Positions 1 to 12,633 of a DNA stretch of 64,000 bases are shown piece by piece. The number at the start of each line of letters is the position of its first letter. The first letter of the stretch is position 1. Made by a program: the position numbers and the translations under genes. The stretch comes from Octopus sinensis (Eukaryota): positions 45,942,001 through 46,006,000 of the forward strand of contig NC_043003.1 in the NCBI RefSeq assembly GCF_006345805.1, written 5' to 3'. The notes under the pieces are model-generated. The model saw only the letters and a program-made list of their open reading frames with translations. It made no database searches and was not told the origin of the DNA.

Positions 1-214
1 AATATTGAAAGTACTAAAGAGCATCTCAAGAGAAAGCTATTGTGTGCCCTTTGATTCTTCAATGAGAAAAGTTCATGTACAGCGAAGTAATCGATAGAAG
101 TGCATACAGTAAGTTCCAATGAATCTGATTCATAAGTTCAATATTCCTATAGGTAGTAAAATTATTGCAGTCAAGGAGGTACACTGTCTTCAAGAGTTTT
201 AGAAGATCATGTCA

Positions 215-412
215 ATATTGGATTCAAATTTTGGCATAAGGCTAGCAATTTCGGGTAAGGGTTAAGTCCATTACATCGATCTCAGTATTCAATTGGTACT
301 TATTTTATCGATCCCGATAGGATGAAATCAAAAGTCGGTCTCGGTGGAATTTGAACTCAAACGTAAAGACGGTCGAAATGCAGCCCGGCGTGCTAACGAC
401 TCTGCCATCTGG
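215..412 (-). mobile_element. SINE family A (tRNA-derived), degenerate copy
   Basis: Reverse complement matches the family A consensus seen at 44261 (…gagttcaaattccgccgaggtcgactttgcctttcatcctttcggggtcgataaattaagtacc…). Confidence 0.8.
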
Positions 413-714
413 CTGCTCTAAATCATCAATAATATTAATACGCTTTTGTACGTACCTGTCGTGTGCGTCACACTTCTTTGAAGTGGAAAAGCGAGAGAGA
501 GGAGAAGAGAGAGAAAGAACTAGACAAAGGGAGAGGGAGTGAGGGAGTGTGAGAGAGAAAATGAGAGACAGTGAGTGGTGACGGCGTTCGCTTTCTTTTT
601 AAATGTTTCAGAGAGGACGTAAAAGAGAAAGAAAGAGAGTGCTGTGATATTTTGGTTGGATTATATAGTCATAGGTTTTACGTTAGTTTCTATATTCTGT
701 AACTGTCACAATAT

Positions 715-865
715 ACTTTTCTAGGCCTAAAATTTTTATGGGGATGGAGCCCGTTGATTAGATCGAAATCAGTATACAACTGGTACTTAATTTATCGAAC
801 ACGAAAGGACGAAAGGTAATGTCGACCTCGGAAGAATTTGAACTCAGAACGTAAAGACAGACGGT
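715..865 (-). mobile_element. SINE family A, partial
   Basis: tggtacttaatttatcga…gtcgacctcgg…tttgaactcagaacgtaaagacagacg, same as copies at 21.2-21.9 kb. Confidence 0.75.
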
Positions 866-1137
866 CATAATATGCAAACATTTCTCATGACACCAGTACA
901 CTGTTTACAGATGCTTACATTTTTTACGCTTTCTGTTAATTTTTCACGGGTCCACCTAGTATGAATATTAATACACGTCTCGGTGTGGTATACATTCACT
1001 ATTTACCAAATAGCTGAGTTACAACCTCATGTAATGATTACCACCGCTATGGATAACGTAGATACATACATACGCATATATAATTGTAATATAGCTATAT
1101 ATCTATTTATCTCAGTTTTCTCTCCCCCCTCTCTCAC

Positions 1138-1463
<326 letters not shown>

Positions 1464-1965
1464 TGTTCATAATGCGTCTGCGTGTGTCAAAAAGTGAAGA
1501 CAGTTTATTAATTATAGAGAAAAGAATGCCGCATGTATTCAAAGAGACGAAGGAAACAATTTTCATAAATTTCTTACTGAAAGACGTCGGACTATGTATA
1601 TATCTCAATAAAATATTCTCAATAATTCGTAAGCGTGATTGAAGATGCTGTCCGTGAAATGATGGATATCAATATTATATAAACTTACAGCCAACTGTAA
1701 CGTCAAGGAGGACAGCGATTTATTCTTTAGTTTCCTCTTAGTATTTTTTAGTGATCTAGTGAACTTAATAAAAAAATATAGGAATTAAATTTGAAATGGT
1801 GATAGTATATCTTCAAAATATTACCGAATAATTCACAAAACATTGAGAGATTAAACTAATTATAATTATAATTCCAAATATTCTTTTAGAAATAGAAGTA
1901 AAAGTGTCTGTCCCATAAAACTTCCATGCATATTCACATATGTATACTTATGTAGGCATTTGTGC

Positions 1966-2053
<88 letters not shown>

Positions 2054-2066
2054 GATAACTTTACAC

Positions 2067-2140
2067 CTCGGACTGATCAGTTTCTGCCTCTTTCTAGCAA
2101 AACACAGAATATGTTTGCTAAGGCTGGCTTCATCAACGAG
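2067..2140 (-). ncRNA. Type I hammerhead ribozyme motif (family 1, inverted copy)
   Basis: Near-exact reverse complement of 2500-2573. Confidence 0.65.
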
Positions 2141-2499
2141 TCGCCTAAATTGAATCGAGGTCTGCAGCGATGTGAGACCATGTGTTGATCTCGACTACTA
2201 GCAGATCTTAACTTTTCAAATCTCTGCGCAGACGCAAAACTTACACGGCAGTATAGGGCATGCCGGGAAGAATTTTACGAATAAATCCATCAAGTAATAT
2301 GCGAATATAAACAAGAAGGGTAGTAATAATATTGGTTACTACCAGGTGCCCAGCACAAAAGACGAATTAGTCATAAGACAAAATATTATTCATATAGAAA
2401 AATATAATTAAGGGCTCCTAAATTAGGATGCCGAGTGCTGGGAAGTCGAGATCAACACATGGTCTCACATCGCTGCAGACCTCGATTCAATTTAGGCGA

Positions 2500-2573
2500 C
2501 TCGTTGATGAAGCCAGCCTTAGCAAACATATTCTGTGTTTCGCTAGAAAGAGGCAGAAACTGATCAGTCCGAG
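2500..2573 (+). ncRNA. Type I hammerhead ribozyme motif (family 1)
   Basis: CUCG-UUGAUGA-A-GCC…(UAGCAAACAU/GUGUUUCGCUA hairpin)…GGC-A-GAAA-CUGAUCA-GUC|CGAG; stem I CUCG/CGAG, palindromic stem III ACUGAUCAGU, GUC cleavage triplet. Confidence 0.65.
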
Positions 2574-2956
2574 GTGTAAAGTTATCGGTAAACGTTTTTG
2601 ATTTTCACTCTCGATAAATTCATCCCCTTTTTGTGTTCCCAGCACTCGGCATCCTAATTTAGGAGCCCTTAATTGTATTACTACATGAATAATATTTTTC
2701 TATATGAATAATATTTTGTCTTATGACTAATTCGTCTTTTGTGCTGGGCACCTGGTAGTAACCAATATTATTACTACCCTTCTTGTTTATATTCGCATAT
2801 TACTTGATGGATTTATTCGTAAAATTCTTCCCGGCATGCCCTATACTGCCGTGTAAGTTTTGCGTCTGCGCAGAGATTTGAAAAGTTAAGATCTGCTAGT
2901 AGTCGAGATCAACACATGGTCTCACATCGCTGCAGACCTCGATTCAATTTAGGCGA

Positions 2957-3028
2957 CTCGTTGATGAAGCCAGCCTTAGCAAACATATTCTGTTTTGCTA
3001 GAAAGAGGCAGAAACTGATCAGTCCGAG
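2957..3028 (+). ncRNA. Type I hammerhead ribozyme motif (family 1, second direct copy)
   Basis: Same motif; predicted cleavage after 3024, 455 nt downstream of the site after 2569. Confidence 0.65.
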
Positions 3029-3130
3029 GTGTAAAGTTATCGGTAAACGTTTTTGATTTTCACTCTCGATAAATTCATCCCCTTTTTGTGTTCCCAGCAC
3101 TCGGCATCCTAATTTAGGAGCCCTTAATTG

Positions 3131-3197
<67 letters not shown>

Positions 3198-3200
3198 ATA

Positions 3201-3460
3201 CCGGAGTAAGCACATGAATGTGAAACAAGGTGGAAAAAAAGAGTACTTAAACACCACAGGAAGAGTAATATGCTTTATTTAAAAGCAGCAGAAATATAAC
3301 AAAAGCTGTTACTCGGATTTTCACGTTCCCGTTCGTCAGGAACGTGAATCTCCGAGTAACAGCTTTTGTTATATTTCTGATGCTTTACTGTCCGACTAAT
3401 GGGAACGTGAAACTCCGAGTAATAGCTTTTGTTATAGTTCTGCTGCTTTTAAATAAAGTA
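3201..3460. mobile_element. Foldback Penelope-type terminus with degenerate HHRs (family 2); homologous to 54018-54247
   Basis: Left arm 3273-3340 is inverted twice (3339-3386, 3388-3458); the minus strand reads CUGACGA-ACG-GGAA-CGU-GAAA-AUCCGAGUA-ACAG. Confidence 0.7.
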
Positions 3461-3469
3461 TATATATAT

Positions 3470-5400
3470 ACTTTATTTTCGAAGGGGTACGTCCTACATA
3501 ACTGCGATCTGATGGATCTCCCTGGCTTTTCAATGATCTTAATTTTGAGTTTGGTCTCCTTCAGAGCTGTCCTAAATCTACGGGTTAGTTTCCCATGAGG
3601 TGTGGCCTCTACAAACATCCCTCCTTGATATTTGTTAGCCATATACCCTGTGTTTACTTTGCTTATGTCACAAACTCACTGCAAATTATTCCAGCCTTTA
3701 CCGTTGTGTCCAGGGCGGATACCACTGGCTTCATTACAGATAATGCTAACTTCTTTCTAGCTCGCCTGTATACACGAATCCTATCTTTCTGGTCATATCC
3801 AGAGAATTGCATGCGATGCATGAAGTTATGAACATTTTTCCTTGTTTCATAGGGTTCGCATAGGGTGGGAGGGGACACGTTATTCATTATCCTAAGTCTG
3901 CTATCAGTATGTTGATGTTCGTATTGTGTGACAAAGCTATGGGTTTCATGTAATAGGAGTGAAGGAGCGACACTCTGTTTACATTCTCTAACCAAAGTTC
4001 CGTATCAAGGACGGGGAGTCTACTGTTAGGGTGCCTAGTGGGGTAATCTATAGTTATACTTTGGTGGATGGAGTTATCTACTTGTTGGATACTCTCCATT
4101 GTGCTTCTCTCGGTTTCTACATTACATTTACTAGGATTTGTCCTAACTAGAATAATGATGCCATCTACAGTAAAGCAAAACGGTTGTGGACTGTTTAGCT
4201 AAGAAGTGTTTACGTTTTGTCACGCCAAGTCATGAAGAAGTCAGCCATATCTCCAGCCACATCGACACCAATGGCAGCACCTTGAACCTGCATGTATAGT
4301 TTCCTGTCAAATTTCATTATGTGACTCTTCAAGGTGGTTCTTACGCTAGCTCCTTTAGCATGCGCAATCATTCTTTTCATCTAATTGTCGTTCTCAGGGT
4401 CCAGGGAGGGTATGGTCCAACCACTCTAGCGCTCTGTTAGGTGCTTTTCTTTACTGCCGAGGTGATGGTGGGTAGTCTTCCCCTTTGTGAACTGGTGGGG
4501 CAGATTCTACTTAGGCCATGGTTGTCTAAGTAGTTACGGTCGTAGTTTAGTGTAAGGAGGCGGCCCAGTTCAAACGTGTTGACTTCGCGGAACACTACTT
4601 CACTTTCACAGATAATCTCAATGCATTTCTCCACTTCAAAATTTATCTCTAGATGGGCAGAGTGAAACCACATCCATACTACCCATTACACAACCTGCGA
4701 GGTCGCTGGAGTGGTTACAACCACTGATTCTCCTGAGGAGGTCCTCTGTGTTCACACAGACATCCGGGGATATTTCAGTGAGTGGTTGTGACACATAAGT
4801 AGGATAGCCTATAATTGCTGAAGATATTGGCTCCACAAACTGGCCGAGTTGGGGGCCCCATAACAAGGTTAGGGGTTTATGGATCTTTCGAAAATTGTAC
4901 AACGTAGGAACATCTTGGCTGAATGCTTGGAAATTGTGTGCAGTCCGTTTCCTGAGTTGGGAGTATGTTGCATTGAGAAGTTTTCCTACTCTTTCGTGTT
5001 CCTGCGGTGCAATCTATCTCATGCTACTTATGTGTTGTTGTATGATCTGGACATAATTCTGTGGCCTGTCTGTCGACAGTTTTCCAGACTTGTCCGTAAG
5101 GAGGCACACTAATTACTTTTCGTAATTCACTGTTTCAGTTTTTGAAGGCCTTTGGCGACTGTTGAACTGAGCTGGTGGGTCTCCCACTCCTTAAATCTTT
5201 TAGTGGTTTTGTTATATCGGTCTAAGATGTGTTGGGGTCTATTTGTAGCAAAAAAAATCTTCGTTTCGGTCTCACTGTCAGTTAGTGGAGGGATACATAC
5301 CCTTTTGCTGAAGGATAAGTCTGTGGGGTAGATCCTCGTCATGTCGTACGATTTGTCGTTGAGTTTATAGAAGACAGTCTAGGGTGCTACCTGTGTTATT
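3470..5400 (-). pseudogene. Decayed Penelope-like retroelement reverse transcriptase (no GIY-YIG domain visible)
   Basis: Ordered fragments: KIHKP; GSMDVVSLCPS (motif A); LYMQVQGAAIG (motif B, ~4270-4300); SIHQSITIDYPTRHPNSRLPVLD…LLHSYYMKP; MQFSGYD; FVEATPHGKL…IIEKPGRSIRSQLCRTYPF; many stops and frameshifts. Confidence 0.8.
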
Positions 5401-5684
5401 GTTGTTGCTGTAGTAGTTGTTGTTGCGGTTGTCGGTGTTGTTGTTGCTGCTGTTGGCGATGTTGTTATTACTGTTGTTGTAGTTGTTATTGTTACTGCTG
5501 CTATTGTTGTTCTTCTTCATGTGGGTGTTGATGGTCTTGAATGTGGTGCTGGTGTTGGTGATACTGTTGTGTGTATTTTTATTTGCGTGCGGGGTATTGT
5601 GGTCGTTATTGCTATTGTAGACACTATTGTTGTTATTATCATTGCAATTATTGTTGTTACTGTTATTGTTTTGGTTTCGTAATT

Positions 5685-5805
5685 TGTGTTGTTGTTCTGG
5701 TTTGTTGTTCTAGTTTTGTATGTGTGTTGTTGTTCTGGTTTGTTGTTCTAGTTTTGTATGTGTGTTGTTGTTCTGGTTTGTTGTTCTAGTTTTGTATGTG
5801 TGTTA
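5685..5805. repeat. 38-bp tandem repeat x3 in GTT-rich low-complexity DNA upstream of the Penelope RT
   Basis: ctggtttgttgttctagttttgtatgtgtgtt at 5697, 5735, 5773. Confidence 0.9.
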
Positions 5806-6111
5806 TTATAGTTATTTATGTGAAGGATGTTGTGGTGATTTTCACTTTTGTTGTCACTAACATTGCTATTGTTGCTGTTTTGGTTTCGTATGTTTGTCTT
5901 GATGTTATATTGTCCTAACCTCCATCTTATTTTCAAGAATATTTTTCCGATATCAAACAATCAATTTTTCACACCTTACATGTAACGAATTTCGGTTGTA
6001 ACTCTAAGGTATGCACTTCATCCGTATCTAGCTGTACTACGCCGTATATTCAGAAGTGTAATTGCTGCTCTTCGTGTATGTATATATATAAATATATATT
6101 CCTTTTCCTAT

Positions 6112-6146
6112 GTTTCTGACGAAGAGCTCCGCTCGAAACGTTAAAC
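6112..6146 (+). ncRNA. Minimal type I hammerhead (family 3) in a short Penelope-type terminal fragment (~6095-6250)
   Basis: GUUU-CUGACGA-A-GAGC-UCC-GCUC-GAAA-CGU-U|AAAC; stem I GUUU/AAAC, palindromic ACGU stem III. Confidence 0.8.
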
Positions 6147-6379
6147 CCTCCTTCTTTCCTTCTTTCCTGAGCGTCCAATAATACTATACTTGTTCCACGT
6201 CATCGCGTTGTTGTGTTTTCTCTTTGTGTTTTCATGTTTAGATTAACTATATATATATATATATATAATATATATATATATATATGTATGCATGTATGTA
6301 TATATATATACATTTATATACATATATATACATATATATATACATACATACACACATATATATATATGCACGTGTAGTT

Positions 6380-6494
6380 TCAGTCATTATAATGTGACCA
6401 TGCAGTGGCGCCACCTTAAAGAATTGGAGTCGGAGTTATCGACAACACACGCGCACACACACACATACGCACACACACACACACATTCACACAA

Positions 6495-6559
<65 letters not shown>

Positions 6560-6822
6560 CATTGATGCACACATACAAGCGGCATACAGGATTGGGAGAC
6601 AAATAAACATACATAATACATGCATGCATATATACATACACACGCAAACACACACACACACACATGACGATCTTCTTTCAGTTTTCGTCTACCAAATCCA
6701 CTGACAAAGCCTTGGTCAGCCCGAAGCTATAGTAGAAGAACTTGCTCAAGGTGCCACGCAGTGGGACTGAACCTAGAACCATGTGGTTGGGAAGCAAGCT
6801 TCTTACCACACAGCGACGCCAG
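6380..6822 (-). mobile_element. SINE family B (tRNA head + CORE-like segment), degenerate
   Basis: ctaccaaatccac…caaggtgccacgcagtgggactgaacc…accatgtggtt…ttaccacacagc. Confidence 0.75.
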
Positions 6823-7139
6823 TATCTAACATACAAAAAAATATTTATTCTTATGGAGACAGAAAATCATGACAAAGACGATTTTTCATCTTCCGTTCGT
6901 AGTAAGAACAGAACTCTGATGTAACATGTATAATAAACCTTGTACGTACCTACTGCCAGATTGCGTGGACTAATAACAGTTATGTGCCCCAGCCTTGAAC
7001 AAAACTTAACATAGGCGACAGGATATAAATCTTCGATAATCTAACCGCTCGATTGTCAACAGTTCAGCGTGTGAATGTAAATATATGAGAGCCATTCACA
7101 CTCTTCTCATTATCATCTTCCCTCACTTCTTTCTTCATG

Positions 7140-7180
<41 letters not shown>

Positions 7181-9524
7181 TGTCTTTCCTCTTCCTCCGT
7201 TTGCTGTGTTTCCATTACATTTATTTATTTATTTATTTATTTACATACTTATTTATCATTTAAATGGCATAGACTTCATCTCGTGTTGCTAAGAACAGTT
7301 GGGGGATGAGAAGAAGGTCAGTGGTTCGCTAACGGGGTGGCGCTTGGATGAGCGAGTGCTGAGTGGAGTAGGTTATGGTGGAATGATAAATGTTGTTTTG
7401 TTGCAGTATGTATTGGTGTTTTAATAAGAAAATGGCCATATGGTGTGATTTCAGGAAACATATGGTGTCTGCCATCACACCAAGTCTGAACACGTGAATA
7501 ATGGGAGAATACGGCACTCTAATACATTGTCAGCCAATAATTCCTTCAGCACACATATTCTCTCTTATATAACATCTCTCTATGTCTTCCCATTCTGTTT
7601 GCTTTCCTTTCATGCTTTCTAGATCTAATTCTTTTGTTTTTTTCTTCCTGGTTCCGATTATAGTATATCTCGTTCCTTTGCATTTTCTTCTCTGCATTTT
7701 CTCTCACTTTCAAATAATCTTTTTTCTTTTGTTCTTAATTACATTTCATACCTGTTTCTCGTTTCTTTCATTCTTTTCAACTTGCTTTAATATCTATTTA
7801 TTTCCTCCTTTTTGCCTCCATCGCCCCTGCCGTCTCCTTTTTTTTTCTACATTTGTTCCTCTTCCTCCTTTTCTCCTCCTCCTTCCTCTCCTCGTCCTCA
7901 TTCTCCTATTTTTCTTCTTCTCGTTCTGTATTTTCTCTCATTCTCTCCCTTTCTCTCTGTGCACTTTATTTGTACCTTCGTTTCTTCGTTTCGTCTCAAT
8001 TAATCTTTCATTCTCTACTCCTTCCCTATTCTCGCTCTTATTTCTCTCTCTCTCTGTTTTTCTCTGTCTTTCTCACTCTTCCTCTGTCTCTGTCTTTCTC
8101 ACTCTTCCTCTGTCTCTGTCTTTCTCACTCCTCCTCTGTCTTTGTCCTTCTCCCTCCTCCTCTATCATTGCCTTTCTCATTCTCTCTCTCACTCCTTCTT
8201 TCTCCCTGCCCCCATATTTCGTTTCTCGTGTCCTTCTGTCCCACGTCAGCCCTGAACAAACAGATCAATTGTGAAAGGCGTTCCAGCGATGGCTTACACA
8301 ACATTCATCATTCTGGTCGTTTCTATTTTAGGATGGTGGTAGAATGAATATTGAAGGATATTTTGCAACTAATTTTAGTAGGTCGAGTGACTTATATATC
8401 TCCTGTTGTATGATAATTTGTACTACACTGGACTATATTGAATAATCAGTGATATGCTATGGTATATTATAGTGTCGTATGGCGTATTGTGATTTGATTG
8501 TAGTCTAATATAGTATTTCGTTGAATAGATTTTGTTGCTGCTTCTGCAGTTGTAGTAGTTGTTGTTATGCCTCGGGTATTCTCTGATTAGGCATCCCTCT
8601 GATCCCAGCAAAGATTATCCAATCCTTTTAGGAACATACAGGACCATATTATCCAACACCTTACTTCTTTTCTGAAACCGAAATTTGAATAGGATTACAA
8701 AGAGATTCTATTGCTATTTCTTGTACCACGTGTAGCCGCACAGTGGCTCCATCGTTGGCGCGAAGTGGGTAATTAATATTACATGGTATGGCATCCTATG
8801 ACAAGGTAGAGCATGATATAATGCGATGGGGCATAGTATCGTGTGATAGGATTTAATATGGCCAGATGTGACAAATATGTGATATTGCATGGTATGGTAT
8901 GATAACGTATCGTTTATACCAGCACGATGTCATGTGGCGTAATATAGTAGTTATATATCATACTCTGTTATGAGTATGGAAAGGAATGGTGTAGTGAGGT
9001 GTAATATATTGTCGTTGTATCAGGTACAGTATTGAAGTACGTTGTAGTTCACTGTTCTACAATAAACTAACGGTATTCTATAGCACACTGTGTAGTATAT
9101 GAGCACATGGCTGTGTAGTCAAGACGGTGTTCCTTCAGTATTCACGAGCTTCATTCAGTAAATATTTTCTTCCTTAGCCTTAGGTCGTCTAAAGGTTGTG
9201 GATGGAATTGAACAGACTAAAACTATATTGCTTGAAAAAGGCTAGCTTCTTTACACACAGTTTCACCTTTTATCCGCCTAAAGATTACGTTAACGGAGAG
9301 ATGCATGCGGAGTAGTCAGTCTTTTACACTGTATAATGAATAGGTAATTCTGTTTATACAAGCGAAATACTTGTTAGTAGAAATCAACGCGAAAGCCCTT
9401 GCTGCTGTTTAGCTCAGGTCAGAGATCGGACGTAATTGTTTAGAGATGATCAAAGGAATTCCAGCCGTGGCCTTCCCGTATTTTCCCCTGTGTAGGGAAC
9501 CCCATACACCATATACGAACATGC

Positions 9525-9830
9525 AGGGCCGGATTAAGACATATCGAGGCCATAAGCACTTAAAAGATTATGTAATCCAAAATATTTAACAATAACGAAA
9601 CCATAAAATACATTTTTATTTTCCGATACGAAACAGAACAACAAGAGAGAAAATAATGTTTATTTTTGTATACTTCCCCTTTATTTATATTTGGAAAGTT
9701 TCCTCCTACATTTTTGAATTGCAGTCTTTGATCAGATCCTCAAATTTAATTTTAGGTAACACATCCGCATCTAACTTAGTAGAGATAAAGGCATCCCGAA
9801 TATTATATTAGCAAGTTTAAAGTGATTTCT
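9525..9830 (-). mobile_element. hAT DNA transposon 3' end remnant
   Basis: Terminus cagggccggattaag at 9524; minus strand with frameshifts reads LSLLS…DADVLPKIKFEDLIKD-AIQKCRRKL, resembling the hAT C-terminal dimerisation region. Confidence 0.55.
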
Positions 9831-10669
9831 TTTGTGCCGTATACTATTTACCATTCTTGCGGTGCCCCTTTCTTCCATTGATGTCCTCAGCACGTGCTTA
9901 TTTTGCTTAATGGTTAACCCAGCGCTGCGTATATGGCTTTCTTTTAAGACTATAGACACGTGGTTGAGTGTTGCAATATCAGGTTGCAATATGCGCTTTG
10001 AAATTGTTGTTCAACCGTAAGAGAGCTCTTACCGAGCATACATTTGACCACAGGCGTTCCAGCTATGACCACACTTACCTCTTTGATTTTGTTTTTTTTT
10101 CTTCATTTTTTTATATATATTGCAAGGTTTTCTCCCTTTTTAAGACATTAGTGATTTCAGTGAGTTTTAGCATGTTTAGTATGCATTCGTGTGTTTATTG
10201 TTGTTCCTTAATTGTAGGTCAACCATTATTTAGGACTACATTACGAAATGTATCTGTCGTGTTTTTCTTTTATTGGTAGCAGGATGTGCTTTGAAGTTGA
10301 TTTGGCTAATAGATGTTCCTATGTAAATGTGATGGCTTCATATTGCTGTCGAGGAAGATAAGTGTGGTGGCTCAGTACTAATGGGGTTGAATAGTGTTAA
10401 TGTTGGTAATTAAAGGTTAGTATTAGTGATAGAATATCCTTATTTTTTCATCCAAGTTCACATCCGATTAAGCATGTTTCACAGCAAAGGCGTTCCAATC
10501 GTGACTATCCGTTCAATGTTTCACAGAAATTATATTGTCAAATGTGTCCTTTAACATTTGGCATGGCTCGTTGAGTCATGTCGAATTTCGTTGCTGTTTT
10601 CAGCAAATCGAGTGACCATATAGAGGCACCGTTGTTGGATGGGGCTGGTAGTGAATTTTGTGGCTGTTG

Positions 10670-11405
10670 TGTCGTCATAGTGATGGTAGTAATGGTGTGA
10701 GTATGGGTGTTTGTAAAGGATGTAGGAGTGGGTAGTGTTGATATCAGTGATGCTGGAGATGGCGAGGGGGGTTGATGATGTTGATATTCGAGGTGGTGAC
10801 GGTGGAGGCAGCAGTGGTGGTGGAAAAGACGGTGGTGATGGTAATGATGGCGGTTGTGGTAGTAGTGGTTTTTATGGTGGTGGTGGTGGTCGTCGTCGTC
10901 GTGTTTTTTGTTATGATGGGGGTGGTGGTGGTTGCGATTTTGGCAGTGGTGGCTGTGGCAGTGGTTGTGGTAGTGGCAGTGGTTGTGGTAGTAGTTGTGG
11001 TAGTGGTGGTGATGATGGTGGTGATGGTGGTGGTGGTGGTGATAGTGTTGGGGGTTGTTGTGGTAGTGGTGGGGGTGTGGTGTGTGGGTGGGGGTGGGGT
11101 TTTTTTTTGTGATATTGGGAGGGTTATAGTGGTAATGGTTGTGGCGGTAGTGGTACGAGTTGTGGTGTTCATTTTAGCGCTGGCATTAATTGTGACATGA
11201 GCAGTATAGGCATTGATTATTAGTACCAGAGGCTAAAATAGTACTGAGAGGAGGTGATGTGTCATTGAAAGTGGTGGAGGAAGCGGTGGCGGCGGTGGCG
11301 GCGGCGGCGGTGGTGATGGCGGTGGGGGTGGTAGTGGTGGTTGTGTTGGTCGTAGTGATGTTTGTTATAATAATGCTGATGTTGATGGCGATGGATGATG
11401 TGACA
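10670..11405. repeat. (GGT/GGC/GAT)n trinucleotide low-complexity tract
   Basis: Direct inspection. Confidence 0.9.
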
Positions 11406-11878
11406 TTCTTAGAATTTTTTTTCATTACTTTTTTCATTAATTACATCCGCAGAAAGAGATTGTATGCATGACCTTTTGCAACCTCCCACGAGTCTAGTGA
11501 AATCGAAGCCGTTACCATTCCGATTAAACTGTTGCAAGTCGATGACTGCAAGGAAAAAATACGAGTAAGGAGGGAATTCCTCAATGCCGATGTCCAGGGA
11601 AAAATAAAAGTATTTGGTATTATCGTTAGAGGAAGGAGTGGGGAAAAAGGAAAGAAGAGTGAGTTGAGCGTAACTCAGTGGAGATGGCATGAGAAGAGCC
11701 AAATCAAAAAAGCAGAAGCCAACGTAATAATGAGAGACAGGGAAGGAGTATGCGAAGAGAGTGAGAAAGACAGAGAGAGAAAGAGAGTATGTTTGTAGGT
11801 CAGTGGCTAGAATAGTGTCTGTTGAACGATTTCATGCTAAGAAACGCAGTACCAAGGTTTCTATGCGCATGCGCTTGT

Positions 11879-11952
<74 letters not shown>

Positions 11953-12045
11953 CATAGATAGATAGATAGATAGATTGATAGGCAGACATACAGACAGACA
12001 GATAGACAGACAGATAGACAGACAGACAGACAGATAGATAGATTA

Positions 12046-12200
<155 letters not shown>

Positions 12201-12600
12201 TGTTGGAGACAGAGAGAGATGAGCGAAAGAGAGATAGTTAAAGAGAGATATATGTATATAGTGGGATAGACAATGTGTGGATGTGGTTGTTTATGATAAG
12301 GAAAATAAGTGATACAGATATAAAGTATCAGAGATTGAGCATGCGCGTGCATGAGTATCAAACAGGGAGAGAGAAAGAAAGAGAGAAGAGAGAGGAAGAG
12401 AGAGGAAGTGAGGGACAGAGAGATGAGAGAAAGATGAGAAGAAAGGATGTGTGTGTGTGTCTGTGTCAGTGTTTGCGTTTGTGTTTGTGTGTGCATATGT
12501 GTACACGTATTTGTGCGTAGGATGTGGTTGTGGATGTATAACTGTTCAAAAGAGAACGAGGAGTTTGTGTGTGTGTATGTGTGTATGTATGTGTGTGTGT

Positions 12601-12633
<33 letters not shown>

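Larger units (their letters stand above)
2050..3132. mobile_element. Non-coding HHR-bearing element: inverted copy (2050-2444) plus ~1.5 direct copies of a ~455-bp unit (2444-3130), flanked by (TA)n; retrozyme-like or Penelope pseudo-LTR
   Basis: 2444-2675 repeats at 2902-3130; 2050-2444 is the reverse complement of 2636-3045 apart from a ~17-nt gap; near-identical copies; no meaningful ORF. Confidence 0.8.

Noticed and set aside
5975-6030. Minus-strand CGGAUGA…GAAA upstream of the Penelope ORF
   Set aside because: Position is suggestive, but the core is mutated and stems I and II do not pair convincingly
7582-8347. Long hydrophobic F/L/S-rich ORFs
   Set aside because: CT-rich low-complexity DNA; no domain
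10735-11471. Gly-, Thr- and Val-rich ORFs
   Set aside because: Open in several frames on both strands because of GGT repeats
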